From: a virus | Taxonomy: Duplodnaviria > Caudoviricetes | IMG/VR virus record: IMGVR_UViG_3300021400_000063 | DNA: 64,000 bases | Direction: 5' to 3' (one strand) | Shown here: positions 19,844 to 29,759 of the stretch, piece by piece | How the letters are laid out: each line of letters begins with the position of its first letter | Numbering within the stretch: the stretch's first letter is position 1 | Program-made: the position numbers and the translations under genes | Notes under the pieces: model-generated | What the model was told of the DNA's origin: nothing | The model's input: the letters and a program-made list of their open reading frames with translations, nothing else | Database searches by the model: none

Positions 19844-20077
19844 ATGAGTTACTTTTTAATGAAAAGGATTATTGATGCAATTAAAAGTGGTAAACCTATT
19901 ATGTATTATAATATTGAAACCACTGAAGAAGAAATGCAGAAACGTATTTCTGATGCACTTCATAATGATCAAAAAAGTGTATTAAGTAAGCAAACTTTAA
20001 AGTACTGTGGTTATAAAATTAAAGATGGAAAATTGGTTCATACTAAATATGAATCAAATCCAAATAAGGAGAACTAA
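19844..20077 (+). CDS. hypothetical protein
   Basis: AAGGAGG SD, early promoter motif near 19793. Confidence 0.7.
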   Translation: MSYFLMKRIIDAIKSGKPIMYYNIETTEEEMQKRISDALHNDQKSVLSKQTLKYCGYKIKDGKLVHTKYESNPNKEN

Positions 20078-20078
20078 T

Positions 20079-20648
20079 ATGGAATATTGGAAATTAAAAG
20101 ATGAATCGTTTGTTGTAATTGATGATTTCTTTGATTTGAAAGATGAGGAAAATCAAACTGTTATTCGTTTAACAGATGATAAAGTCGAAGAAATAAATTT
20201 AACTAGAGATGAAGAAAAACATAATCCTGGAAGAATAGACACTGCTGAAATTCGTTTGAATGATAAGTTTGGTGTAAAGCATCGATATCGTAATTTGGAA
20301 GAAAATCGTCAATATCATTTTACAAGAGATGAAATGACAAACATATTCAAAGAAGTATTCCCATTAAATTCTCAGGCATGGGATTGGGACGATGTTTGGT
20401 GTTGTGATTTTAGAGATACAAATTCATTTCATGCATTTAGAGATGAAAGTGAATTTTATATCTTGCACAAACCTAGTGGAACTATGATAAATTGGTATAA
20501 GCATATGGGTAGAACCAATACTTGTAACAAAGATTTATCATTGGATGAATTAAAATTATTTTTACTTCTATTAAGAAAAGAATTAGTAGAAGAGAGAATA
20601 ATTGAACCTAGAGAGCCATATAAAGCAACTAAAGGATTAATGTTTTAA
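20079..20648 (+). CDS. hypothetical protein (start revised to MEYWK)
   Basis: AAGGAG SD before ATG 20079. Confidence 0.75.
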   Translation: MEYWKLKDESFVVIDDFFDLKDEENQTVIRLTDDKVEEINLTRDEEKHNPGRIDTAEIRLNDKFGVKHRYRNLEENRQYHFTRDEMTNIFKEVFPLNSQAWDWDDVWCCDFRDTNSFHAFRDESEFYILHKPSGTMINWYKHMGRTNTCNKDLSLDELKLFLLLLRKELVEERIIEPREPYKATKGLMF

Positions 20649-20666
20649 TTTAAAGGAGGAAAACAT

Positions 20667-21059
20667 ATGTATAAAAATAATCCACTTGTATCGTATAGAA
20701 CACCTAGAGTGTTAAGCGCATCTGAAATAATTAATTGTCAATTTTATATTGAATCTCAGATAAATGAATATTTGAATACCACAAATGCTAAATCTTTTAC
20801 AGTAAAAGATATTTTCGGTTATGAAAATTGGGATTGGTATGAAAGTCATGAACCTATTCAATGTATTTATCATGCATGGGTTAACCGTTATACCAAGACT
20901 CATCCTGAATGGACATGGGATGAAATTTATACCGAAGCTTATAAACAAGCTGCAATCAGTTTAGGACATCTTGTTAAACAAGTAGCAGGAATCATGCCAA
21001 ACAAAACTTTTGTTATAAGTAATCCTTCTGGTTGGAACATTGTTTATAAAGTAGTGTGA
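20667..21059 (+). CDS. hypothetical protein
   Basis: AAGGAGG SD; operon context. Confidence 0.75.
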   Translation: MYKNNPLVSYRTPRVLSASEIINCQFYIESQINEYLNTTNAKSFTVKDIFGYENWDWYESHEPIQCIYHAWVNRYTKTHPEWTWDEIYTEAYKQAAISLGHLVKQVAGIMPNKTFVISNPSGWNIVYKVV

Positions 21060-21067
21060 GGTGATAT

Positions 21068-21433
21068 ATGGACAATATAGAAATTAAGAATTTCTTACGT
21101 TCTATTAAACAAATTGAAATTGGTAGAAGTGAAACATGTAAACATATTCCTTTGAAATATATAAATTTTATGTTTAAAGATTTCGGATATGTTCCAAGTA
21201 ATCGATTTATACAATCTAAGAAATTCAAACCAAGTGTATTTGGAATGGATTTAGATGGTGACGTTATAACTGCTACATCTAGAAATCCTTTTAAATCAAA
21301 ATATGTTTACGAACTCGTAGTTGATGTTGAAAGAAAATATTTTACGATTGTTCGTATAGTTCATTACATAAATAATTTTTGTTATAACGATTACCTTGCA
21401 AAAAGACCATGTGAAGTAGCTAAAACAATGTAA
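21068..21433 (+). CDS. hypothetical protein
   Basis: GAGGTG SD; followed by bidirectional terminator 21432-21470. Confidence 0.7.
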   Translation: MDNIEIKNFLRSIKQIEIGRSETCKHIPLKYINFMFKDFGYVPSNRFIQSKKFKPSVFGMDLDGDVITATSRNPFKSKYVYELVVDVERKYFTIVRIVHYINNFCYNDYLAKRPCEVAKTM

Positions 21434-21468
21434 AAAAATAAGGGGGATATGATTCCCCCTTATTTTTT

Positions 21469-22154
21469 TTAAAGATCATAGATTTTTGTAGCAATCATAT
21501 CAGCATGATGGAGAAGTAAAACTTCAGGATATCGTTCACTCATCGTACTAAAATTCTGCATTTCAGTATTAGAAACACCGAATACACCTCATATGATAAG
21601 CGATAGCAATTTGCCAAGGTTCCGGTATTAATTCACCAACACCTTCAATATTTAATAAACGTCTTAAGCTTTCAGCACCATGTTCAATTCCATTATACCC
21701 ATTATTATAAGCATATTTAAATGAATCGTCGCCTTTTTTATCATCTTTTACAAGTTTGTATTTGCCAACTTTACAGATATCATGGAACAAACATGCTATT
21801 GGATTAACGTCAGAAGCTTGTATTCCATAATGAATTGAAGTTCTTATAGCTGCTAAATATACAGCTAATGAATGGTCTATTAAGCCTCCTTTGTAAGCAC
21901 CATGATATTTAGTAGAAGCTGGTTCATTAAAGAAAGTGCAATATTTAGTTAAGATTTTAGATATAGCCTTTTTAATTAATTTATCTTCTTCAGCATTTAA
22001 TGAATAAAATAAATCGTTTTTCAATAATGTTAAGATTTTACCATTAGAATCATTGTTTCTTTCTTCATTAGATAAATGCTTACAAATCTTTATTTCATTT
22101 TGAATCCGAAATTCTTTAGATCGTCCTTTTTTTTGATTCTAAAAAGTTTTTCAT
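21469..22154 (-). CDS. HD-domain phosphohydrolase requiring two +1 shifts (AGG at 22125-22127 and 21587-21589); about 227 aa when repaired
   Basis: PASTKYHG..GGLIDHS, LFHDICK, HGAES, then YHM-[A]-GVFG...LLHHADMIAT in the +1 frame; ATG 22154 has an AAGGAG SD and joins via KK-[A]-GRS. Confidence 0.8.
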
Positions 22155-22158
22155 ATTT

Positions 22159-22803
22159 TTACTCCTTAAATATATCTATTTGATGTTTTCGATAAAGTTT
22201 AGATTCATCTCTTGTTCCAGTTTTCATTTCTGCTACACACTGTAATAATTTAGGATATTTGCGTGTAATTTCTTCATTATCCGAAAGACTAGATTTTAAT
22301 TTATAAAATGGTTTATTTGTAAATGCTATTGGATATGACTCATTACGTGATGGATAAGAAATCGTAATTATGTATGTTTTCCTCCATCCTATACGTTTAT
22401 CCGGTTTCTCATCATAACACCAAGTGTTTAAATAATCCCAGTTAAATTCTTTATCCCAATAAGCCCATTTTTTATATACCCATTCTGCAAATTGCTTAAG
22501 ATTTTTAAGTTTAGCAGATTGTTCCATTGCTTCTGTTACAGTCATCATGCTTGCAGCTGGTCTGATTGTTACAGTATTAATGTGTAGTGAAATAAAATCT
22601 AAAATTTTCGATCCGGTGGTTGTGAAGATATTTTTAATAGATAAAAATATATTTTTAAAGAATAATATTATTTTTGGAGTTTTAATATCATGTATAAGAT
22701 ATTTTAATATACATTTATTCGCACTCATAACCATATATTCTCCCATTATACGTCGTTGATATTCATCCCATGATTCTTTTTCTGGATTATATTCTTCGTT
22801 CAT
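22159..22803 (-). CDS. hypothetical protein
   Basis: AAGGAGG SD; operon context. Confidence 0.75.
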   Translation of the reverse strand: MNEEYNPEKESWDEYQRRIMGEYMVMSANKCILKYLIHDIKTPKIILFFKNIFLSIKNIFTTTGSKILDFISLHINTVTIRPAASMMTVTEAMEQSAKLKNLKQFAEWVYKKWAYWDKEFNWDYLNTWCYDEKPDKRIGWRKTYIITISYPSRNESYPIAFTNKPFYKLKSSLSDNEEITRKYPKLLQCVAEMKTGTRDESKLYRKHQIDIFKE

Positions 22804-22815
22804 AAAGTTTCCTCC

Positions 22816-23133
22816 TTATTTTAAACAAAGTTTTTCATACCAAGTTTTTCTATTTTCTCTATCATAAATATAAATAGAGTATAAATAATCTTTAGGATTA
22901 TCAACAATGTTATTTTTTATTATTAATTGTGCTGCTTTATAAGCAGCTTCCCATGAGCATTTAATTGTATAATAATACCTATTATCGATTCCATTTCTAT
23001 GATAAGAGATATCTCCGAATATTTGATATAATTTTCCAAGGTCTCTTTTACTTTCTCTAAGTAAATAGTTTACTTTATTGTAAAAACCTGATGGATTACG
23101 GTGATGTTCACCATTTCTAAATTTTACAGCCAT
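22816..23133 (-). CDS. hypothetical protein
   Basis: AAGGAGG SD; operon context. Confidence 0.7.
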   Translation of the reverse strand: MAVKFRNGEHHRNPSGFYNKVNYLLRESKRDLGKLYQIFGDISYHRNGIDNRYYYTIKCSWEAAYKAAQLIIKNNIVDNPKDYLYSIYIYDRENRKTWYEKLCLK

Positions 23134-23136
23134 AAT

Positions 23137-23700
23137 TTAAATCCTCCTTAAAAATCCTCTTTTAGGATAATGATCTATTTTAATTATATTATCTATAAGA
23201 GGATTTATTTGTTTTAATAAAAATTTTTCACAAATTTTATATTCTGTTTCAGATAGTCTGATATCAGTGAAAGTTTTTTCACAAAACGTATCTCGATAAA
23301 CTATTAATTCTGGTAATCTTTGTATAAATTTAATTTTTTGAAAATTATCGTATACTGAACAATATTCATTTATTATTTCATTCATATTGGAATAACTATA
23401 GTTTCGATATCCGAAACATAAATGATAATATATTATGAATAAATTATTCTCTAACTGTCTACGATCTTTTCCAAAGAATATCATAGTTTCTTTTAATTCA
23501 TTTAAGAATTCTGAATGAAATCTGATTAAATAAAACCCTTCAAATTTACAATAATTAAAAAGTTGCATTTTATTTTTAATCATATTAGATGGTTGATCAT
23601 ATACAGGTTTTATTAGTTGTAATGTAGTTACATCTTCATTAAAACCATAATATTTATATTTTTCATATAATTCATCATTGTGCTGTTCTTCGTACATCAT
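23137..23700 (-). CDS. hypothetical protein
   Basis: Long ORF in a tightly packed minus-strand operon. Confidence 0.65.
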   Translation of the reverse strand: MMYEEQHNDELYEKYKYYGFNEDVTTLQLIKPVYDQPSNMIKNKMQLFNYCKFEGFYLIRFHSEFLNELKETMIFFGKDRRQLENNLFIIYYHLCFGYRNYSYSNMNEIINEYCSVYDNFQKIKFIQRLPELIVYRDTFCEKTFTDIRLSETEYKICEKFLLKQINPLIDNIIKIDHYPKRGFLRRI

Positions 23701-24013
23701 CCCAAAACTTCCTCAAATTGTCAGTTGTATCAAGATCATAAAGCATTCTGGCTACATTTGATACATGTCCTTCTGTAGAGTTTTCCATAATTCTTGTAAC
23801 AGTTGATAATTGTGTCACTGTAATATAATCTAAGGAATTATGTGCATTCGCAATATCTGCTAAATTTTTATAAATAGATTTATTATTAGTTATATGACGA
23901 GCTACAAAAATTTTAGCTTCTTTTTCATTCTTAGCTTTAGTTATAAATACCATTTCTGTTAATCTTATAGATACTAGATAAATTTTATTTTCTTCATTAA
24001 TCTTTTCGTTCAT
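23675..24013 (-). CDS. hypothetical protein
   Basis: Overlaps both neighbours in the operon. Confidence 0.65.
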   Translation of the reverse strand: MNEKINEENKIYLVSIRLTEMVFITKAKNEKEAKIFVARHITNNKSIYKNLADIANAHNSLDYITVTQLSTVTRIMENSTEGHVSNVARMLYDLDTTDNLRKFWDDVRRTAQ

Positions 24014-24383
24014 AATAGTTTACCTTCTTTCCTTTAAATAATTTATTTAAATCTTTTTCTAGTCTATCTGGATTTAAATACATTGTTTCCATCCCACAAG
24101 AAAAAGCTCCACCACGTCTTGTTAATATAATTTCATAAACAGTATCATCTTTTCTATTGAAAATTACATTAGCACAAGTATAACCAGGAATTCTTAAATA
24201 CCAAAAATAATATTTTTCACTATCTTTATTATCAAGATAAGTTCCTATAATAGGTTCACCATCTTTTGCGAAAATATATGTATTCATATATTCTAAATTA
24301 CATTGTTTAGGATCTCTAAATTTATCCATATATTCTGTAATTTCACATACTAAATCGTTACACATAAGTATTAAATCCTCCAT
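23997..24383 (-). CDS. hypothetical protein
   Basis: First gene of the minus-strand operon. Confidence 0.65.
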   Translation of the reverse strand: MEDLILMCNDLVCEITEYMDKFRDPKQCNLEYMNTYIFAKDGEPIIGTYLDNKDSEKYYFWYLRIPGYTCANVIFNRKDDTVYEIILTRRGGAFSCGMETMYLNPDRLEKDLNKLFKGKKVNYYERKD

Positions 24384-24765
24384 AAATTTAAAGAGTAATA
24401 TATAAATTTATATGAATTAAAATAACTATTTATAGATTTTTAAGATATCTATTTTTAAAAATTAAATATTTATTTTACAATGTAGTAAAGTACAATAGTT
24501 TAAAAATAATTGATTTTTGATTTTAGATATTATAAAAATGATTAAATTATTTAAAAATATGTTTAAAAATGTGCATTTTTTATAAAAATATTATAACATA
24601 TAGATATACTTGTGAGAAAATAACGCGTTTTTAATTAAGTATATTAAATTCACAATCTTATTCCGAATTTCAGCATTTTTATGATAGCAATTGATTGAAA
24701 TTGTATGCTTTCGGAATAATAATTTTTTACATACATTACCACAAAGTAATGTATTAAACATATAT

Positions 24766-24855
24766 GGGTGAGCAGACTGTGTTTGGTGTGCAGTGTTTCA
24801 GATTGTGCTTATGCTAGTCTGATTTCGGCGTGCGGTTCAAATCCCACCTCACCCG
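24766..24855 (+). tRNA. atypical tRNA-His(GTG)-like RNA with an enlarged anticodon loop
   Basis: GGGTGAG/CTCACCC acceptor stem, GGTTCAAATCC T-loop, TCAGA-TTGTG-CTTATGCTAG-TCTGA anticodon arm. Confidence 0.5.
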
Positions 24856-24865
24856 CTTTATTTAT

Positions 24866-24938
24866 GTCTCTTTACTTCAGTTGGTAGAAGGGTAGACTGT
24901 TAATCTATTGGTCCTAGGTTCGAGTCCTAGAAGAGACG
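24866..24938 (+). tRNA. tRNA-Asn(GTT), CCA not encoded
   Basis: Canonical cloverleaf: GTCTCTT/AAGAGAC, CTTC/GAAG, GTAGA-CTGTTAA-TCTAT, CTAGG-TTCGAGT-CCTAG. Confidence 0.93.
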
Positions 24939-25109
24939 TATTAATTTGGAATCTCGTATTCGTCTCAACAAATTATAGGGCGTGTGATGATGGATATGAA
25001 TAAAATACATTAAAAAAAAATAATTAGTGTATAATAGTTATCGTATTATCGACACTAAATAAAATCTACTCCGAAGATGCATCGGAAAATGTAAGATTTC
25101 AAATTATTT

Positions 25110-25198
25110 GGAGCGTTCGCATAGTCCGGTCGAGTGCAGTAGTCTTGAAAACTACCGATTCCGCAAGGTTTCCGAAAGTTCGAATCTTTCACGCTCCG
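25110..25198 (+). tRNA. tRNA-Ser(TGA) with long variable arm
   Basis: GGAGCGT/ACGCTCC, GTAGT-CTTGAAA-ACTAC, variable arm, GAAAG-TTCGAAT-CTTTC, G73. Confidence 0.93.
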
Positions 25199-25369
25199 TC
25201 CAAGTTGTTACATATAACACTCTGGTCTAGTTGACAAAAGATTATATTAATCTTTGTAATTTTACATAAACCTCTCTTATATAAACATTAAATTCTCCAG
25301 CACTAATGTCGTACATTGTGCATTTATTTTTCTTCCATCTAATTATAGATGTTTATTATATATTTCTTA

Positions 25370-25439
25370 GGTGAGTAAATTATTAGGATATAGATTTACT
25401 TATCTATATAAGTTGTAGGTTCGAATCCTACTCTCACCA
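25370..25439 (+). tRNA. degenerate tRNA-like RNA (no D stem, 8-nt anticodon loop)
   Basis: GGTGAG/CTCACC, GTAGG-TTCGAAT-CCTAC T arm, TATAGA-TTTACTTA-TCTATA. Confidence 0.5.
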
Positions 25440-25444
25440 ATCTC

Positions 25445-25562
25445 GGGTTGCCTTTTACGGATTTATATCCGTTGTGATCCGGCACGTGTGGTTACCGACG
25501 TGAGGAAACGGTAAAATAGTAAATCTCGTACGAGTGGAACCCTGGGTTATTCCCAGGGTTCC
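25445..25562 (+). ncRNA. candidate structured RNA (hairpin plus H-type pseudoknot) ending in a strong hairpin
   Basis: GC-rich island; stems listed in findings. Confidence 0.45.
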
Positions 25563-25670
25563 TATATTTTGCAAAAGGTCTATGATAGTTGATATATTAT
25601 AATAATGAATAAGGAGAATGTAAAAAGTTAAAATAAATCAAATCTCCTTATAATCGAGGAGAAAATTATT

Positions 25671-25937
25671 ATGATTATCGATCTTACAAAAACTATAAAT
25701 AATCTTCATATTGAGGAGAATGAACTTGATAATGAAAAGATTATTAGTTGGTTCTTTATGAATAAAAAATTCATAGAGAAATTAGTTAGTAGCTATATCC
25801 AAAATTTTGGATGGGCATTTGGAGGTGCATCTGAAATGTATCTCGATATTAAGCAGCTTTATAAGGAGCATCCTTATAATTTGGAAGATAAGTATGGTGA
25901 AGAATCACCATCAATTTATATTCCAATTGCTGCTTAA
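25671..25937 (+). CDS. hypothetical protein (early cassette)
   Basis: Promoter motif, GAGGAG SD, terminator. Confidence 0.75.
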   Translation: MIIDLTKTINNLHIEENELDNEKIISWFFMNKKFIEKLVSSYIQNFGWAFGGASEMYLDIKQLYKEHPYNLEDKYGEESPSIYIPIAA

Positions 25938-26005
25938 ATAAGGGAGAATAAAAATCTCCCTTATTTTTTTTCTTATATATTATATTTATAGGAGGTAAGT
26001 GTAAT

Positions 26006-26329
26006 ATGCTTACATTAATATTTGGTAATAAAAGTAAAGAAGATGCTCTTGCTATGAGAGATCTATTCTGTTCAAGTGCAACAGGAATTCCAGGATTTAT
26101 TGAGAATGAAATTTTGATTTCATCTCAATTGACAAAATCTGACGGAACAGTATTTGAAGATGGTGAATCTGAATACAATGTTTGTGGTAAAGATTACAAA
26201 CATGTTGTTATGGTTTGTTTATCTAGTGATAATCAACCGGAAGGAACACCAGAATTTGATTTTGGAATCGATTGTTCAGATCAGGATATGACTAAATATC
26301 TCGATTTGCTTAAAAACTTGAAAGGATAA
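26006..26329 (+). CDS. hypothetical acidic protein (early cassette)
   Basis: Promoter motif, AGGAGG SD, terminator. Confidence 0.75.
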   Translation: MLTLIFGNKSKEDALAMRDLFCSSATGIPGFIENEILISSQLTKSDGTVFEDGESEYNVCGKDYKHVVMVCLSSDNQPEGTPEFDFGIDCSDQDMTKYLDLLKNLKG

Positions 26330-26424
26330 CAATCGATTTTATCTATAGAAAGAGAATGCATTAGTATTCTCTTTCTTTTTTTATTACTATTGATATATTT
26401 AAATATATTAAGTGAGGTGAAACT

Positions 26425-27120
26425 ATGGTAAATAAATATTCATTAGATAAAAAATTAAAAGACAGAGAAAATGCTGCTGTTTTAAATGAAATTGAAGATG
26501 CTAGACGATTTGTAAGATATTTTGTAAATCTTATGGAAGGTATTTTAAATTATGAATATGACGAATTAAAGTCATATTTTGAAGAAGATAAAACTGAAGT
26601 CGATATACGGATAGTTGAAAATCGATATGAATTAGTAACTGCTGGTATGAAAAGTTGCTGGATATCAGCATGTGTTAAATTATGTCATGAAGATTATACA
26701 TATCCTAAGTTAAAAGTTGTTGAATTTAAAGTTTATGATAAATTTTTCAATTATACGATGAATATTGATCGGTTTATTTATGGTTCTATAGATGATGAAG
26801 AATTTGTTACCGATTATTTGCAAATTATAAAAAGTGAGATATTTAAAGATTTTAAATATAAATGGTCTTATAATAAAGATAAAATCTTTAAACGTTATAT
26901 TATGGATAAGAATATTACTCCTTCTGAGTATATTATTGGATGTATAAATAAATATATTTATGATTGTATTATTAAGCCTAAATCTAAAACAATGACTTAT
27001 GACGAATTTATAAATTCAGAATTTAAATTCGATGTTGATAAAAAGACTCAACGAATATTCAATAGATATTTCTTTGAAAATATTCCAAATATAAAAAGGA
27101 GAATAATAACACATGCATAA
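26425..27120 (+). CDS. hypothetical protein
   Basis: GAGGTG SD; long ORF. Confidence 0.7.
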   Translation: MVNKYSLDKKLKDRENAAVLNEIEDARRFVRYFVNLMEGILNYEYDELKSYFEEDKTEVDIRIVENRYELVTAGMKSCWISACVKLCHEDYTYPKLKVVEFKVYDKFFNYTMNIDRFIYGSIDDEEFVTDYLQIIKSEIFKDFKYKWSYNKDKIFKRYIMDKNITPSEYIIGCINKYIYDCIIKPKSKTMTYDEFINSEFKFDVDKKTQRIFNRYFFENIPNIKRRIITHA

Positions 27121-27586
27121 ACGTAAATATGAAAGATTTCTACTGAATTTATTGATTGAAAGAACGTTATTTATTTATAATATAGTTCTTTCTACTCAAT
27201 TTAATATAACGAAAAAATATAAGAATAAATGTATACGTTTATTAGTAGATATCCAAAAATATTTCAAAAATATAAGATATCAAAATTTTGATGTAAAATC
27301 TGTAAAATATGAATTTAATCAATATAAAATTTTAATGAATAAAACTGATTATTTGTTGAAAACATTTGATAAAATTGATAAAAATAAAAATATCAGAAAT
27401 ATTTGGTGTATAAATTTCAGCAAATATAATACTGAAGGACAATTTCCAATGTTTTATAATCCTAATTATGATAAAAATTATATTAGAGATTTTGTTAAAT
27501 ATTTCATAAATTTAACTAATATAAAATCTTTGATAGATGAAGAAATGAAAATTATTTATTATACTAATAAGTTTTATTTATTATAA
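27113..27586 (+). CDS. hypothetical basic protein
   Basis: AAGGAG SD, overlap with the upstream gene. Confidence 0.6.
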   Translation: MHKRKYERFLLNLLIERTLFIYNIVLSTQFNITKKYKNKCIRLLVDIQKYFKNIRYQNFDVKSVKYEFNQYKILMNKTDYLLKTFDKIDKNKNIRNIWCINFSKYNTEGQFPMFYNPNYDKNYIRDFVKYFINLTNIKSLIDEEMKIIYYTNKFYLL

Positions 27587-27618
27587 AAATAGGGAGAAAA
27601 ACTCCCTATTTTTTTATA

Positions 27619-28828
27619 TTATTCTAAAAATGCTACTGTTACAGCTTTTTTCGACCTAGTTATAGCAGTGTAAGTCCATTTGTTATAGAAGTCTAGAGTT
27701 TTTCCATGTATATCCATTACTACTAACGGATGTTCATATTCAGAACCTTGACTTTTATGTACTGTGAATGCGTAACCAAAATCAATCATACCAACTTCAC
27801 CGAGAGCATCATCTTCAAGTTCATTATTATATAATTCTTCAATAAATGCTTCTTTACTAGGATCTTTTTGATACTGTTCAAATATTTCTCTAAAACATAC
27901 AGAATTAAAAACCATATTAGGATCTCCACAATCCATTAAGAAATCTGGAGTAAATTTAAGATTTAATAATTCCATATCGTTTTTATCTTCTATATAAGAA
28001 TCTTCTTTAACGTAACCTGTTAATCCATTAATAAGATAAATAGGAACGTCATTATATTCTAATTCGTAATTATAATTGTTTAAAAGACATAAAACTTTTT
28101 CACCTTTTTGAGGATAAATAGATTTATAACCTTTTTGTTCTCTAACCATTTGATTTAATATACGGCGTGTTTTATTAGCATAACATAAGATAACCGAATA
28201 ATCTCCAAGATGATCTTGAACTTTATCAAATGTAGTTACTAATGAGTTTTTACAATATCCCATAGGGAGTGGTTCACCATTACGAGCTTTCATAGCAAGA
28301 TCAAGAATTCCAGATTCATCAGACTGTCTCATAACTTGTGTTAAGAAAACATCCAGATTATTTGGATCTTCAACATACTTATTTGTACCGAAAACAGGTG
28401 GAACCTGACCAGGATCCATAAGTAACATAGTCGGTAAACCAAATGAAAGTATATCATTAAGCATAGCTTCATTAACCATTGAAGCTTCATCTATTACAAT
28501 TAATCTTATATTTGAAGGAACTCTATGCTTTTTATTAAATAAAAACGAATTTCCTTTTTTATAAACTGTATAAAATGTTTTATGAATAGTATTAGAGGGG
28601 TTTCCTTTAAGACGTAGAACCAACGATGCTTTAGCTGTTAAAGTTGCAAATATTACATCATTAATTGGTATACCTAACATCTTAATTATGGTATTTACTG
28701 TTGTTGATTTTCCTGTGCCTGGCTAAGCCACCAAGAGCAAATACCTGTTGGTTAAAACTATCAACAAAGTACCATTTGATTGCTTTCTTAATGGCTTGAA
28801 GCTGTCCGTCATTAAATTGGATAGCCAT
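27619..28828 (-). CDS. RecD/Dda-like SF1B helicase requiring a +1 shift at AGG 28718-28720
   Basis: ATG 28828 with AAGGAGGTG SD encodes FNDGQLQA..FALGGLA, then [A]-GTGKS Walker A in the +1 frame; TIHK, IDEASM, QVMRQ, YAFTVHKSQGSEY, YTAITRSK. Confidence 0.9.
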
Positions 28829-28985
28829 AATTAAATATCACCTCCTTTTTTTTATTTAAGATTTATATTCAAGTGTCAAAGTGTAAATTTCTTATATATT
28901 ATAATAATGAATAGAACTCGTATGAGTTCTTAAATACTATTAAAGATAGAAAGAATACTATCTATAAATAAACTAGGGGTAAAAT

Positions 28986-29660
28986 ATGTTAGGATACGAT
29001 GATATGATTAAGTGTGGGCAGAAATATGACCTTGAAAAGAAACAGATGTATTTGCAAAAATATAAAGCATTTGTTGAATATTTTAAAAAAGTTATCCATA
29101 TAACTTTCAAAGATGATGAGAAGCAAATCGCTTCTTATTTAAAAGAAACACATGATCAATCTTTCTTATTAGATTGGTGTGTTGGTGGCATCCATTATGA
29201 TGGATTCCATATTAGTAGATTAACAGATGAATCAATCGATGTCGTTTCATTGCGAGCTCATGACTCTTACTATGATCCAGTTCTAAAATTAGAATCAAAT
29301 ATAGATGACGAAGAGCTTTTATCATTCTTCAATAAAGAATATAAATATTTCGTAGAATTATTTGTACCAAATTATTATTTGGAAGAATATGAAAACAAGC
29401 TTATTGATGAACGATATAGCTTGGTTTGTAAAATAGCAGAAAAATTTAATGAAGAATGTTACAGTGCTTTTCGACCATATTTTGAAACACTTGGTATAAA
29501 TGAAACACGTTCATTTAACGATTCAAAGTTTGCATTAAGTTTTACAGATGAACGAAGAAAGGAACTTGATAAAGAGGTTCTTGATGAATACAATTTGTTC
29601 CATGAAAAAATTGTTGAAATGACAAAAAAGTTTGATGAATCTGTTAAAGATTTGAAATAA
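28986..29660 (+). CDS. hypothetical protein (early cassette sharing the tas leader)
   Basis: Leader 28891-28985 nearly identical to 18463-18559; terminator 29681-29713. Confidence 0.75.
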   Translation: MLGYDDMIKCGQKYDLEKKQMYLQKYKAFVEYFKKVIHITFKDDEKQIASYLKETHDQSFLLDWCVGGIHYDGFHISRLTDESIDVVSLRAHDSYYDPVLKLESNIDDEELLSFFNKEYKYFVELFVPNYYLEEYENKLIDERYSLVCKIAEKFNEECYSAFRPYFETLGINETRSFNDSKFALSFTDERRKELDKEVLDEYNLFHEKIVEMTKKFDESVKDLK

Positions 29661-29759
29661 CTGTTATTTGCTATTCTAAAAAAGAAGGAGAGAAATCTCC
29701 TTCTTTTTTTTTTAATTTATATATTAATCATAAAATAAATAATATAAGGAGTAACAATA

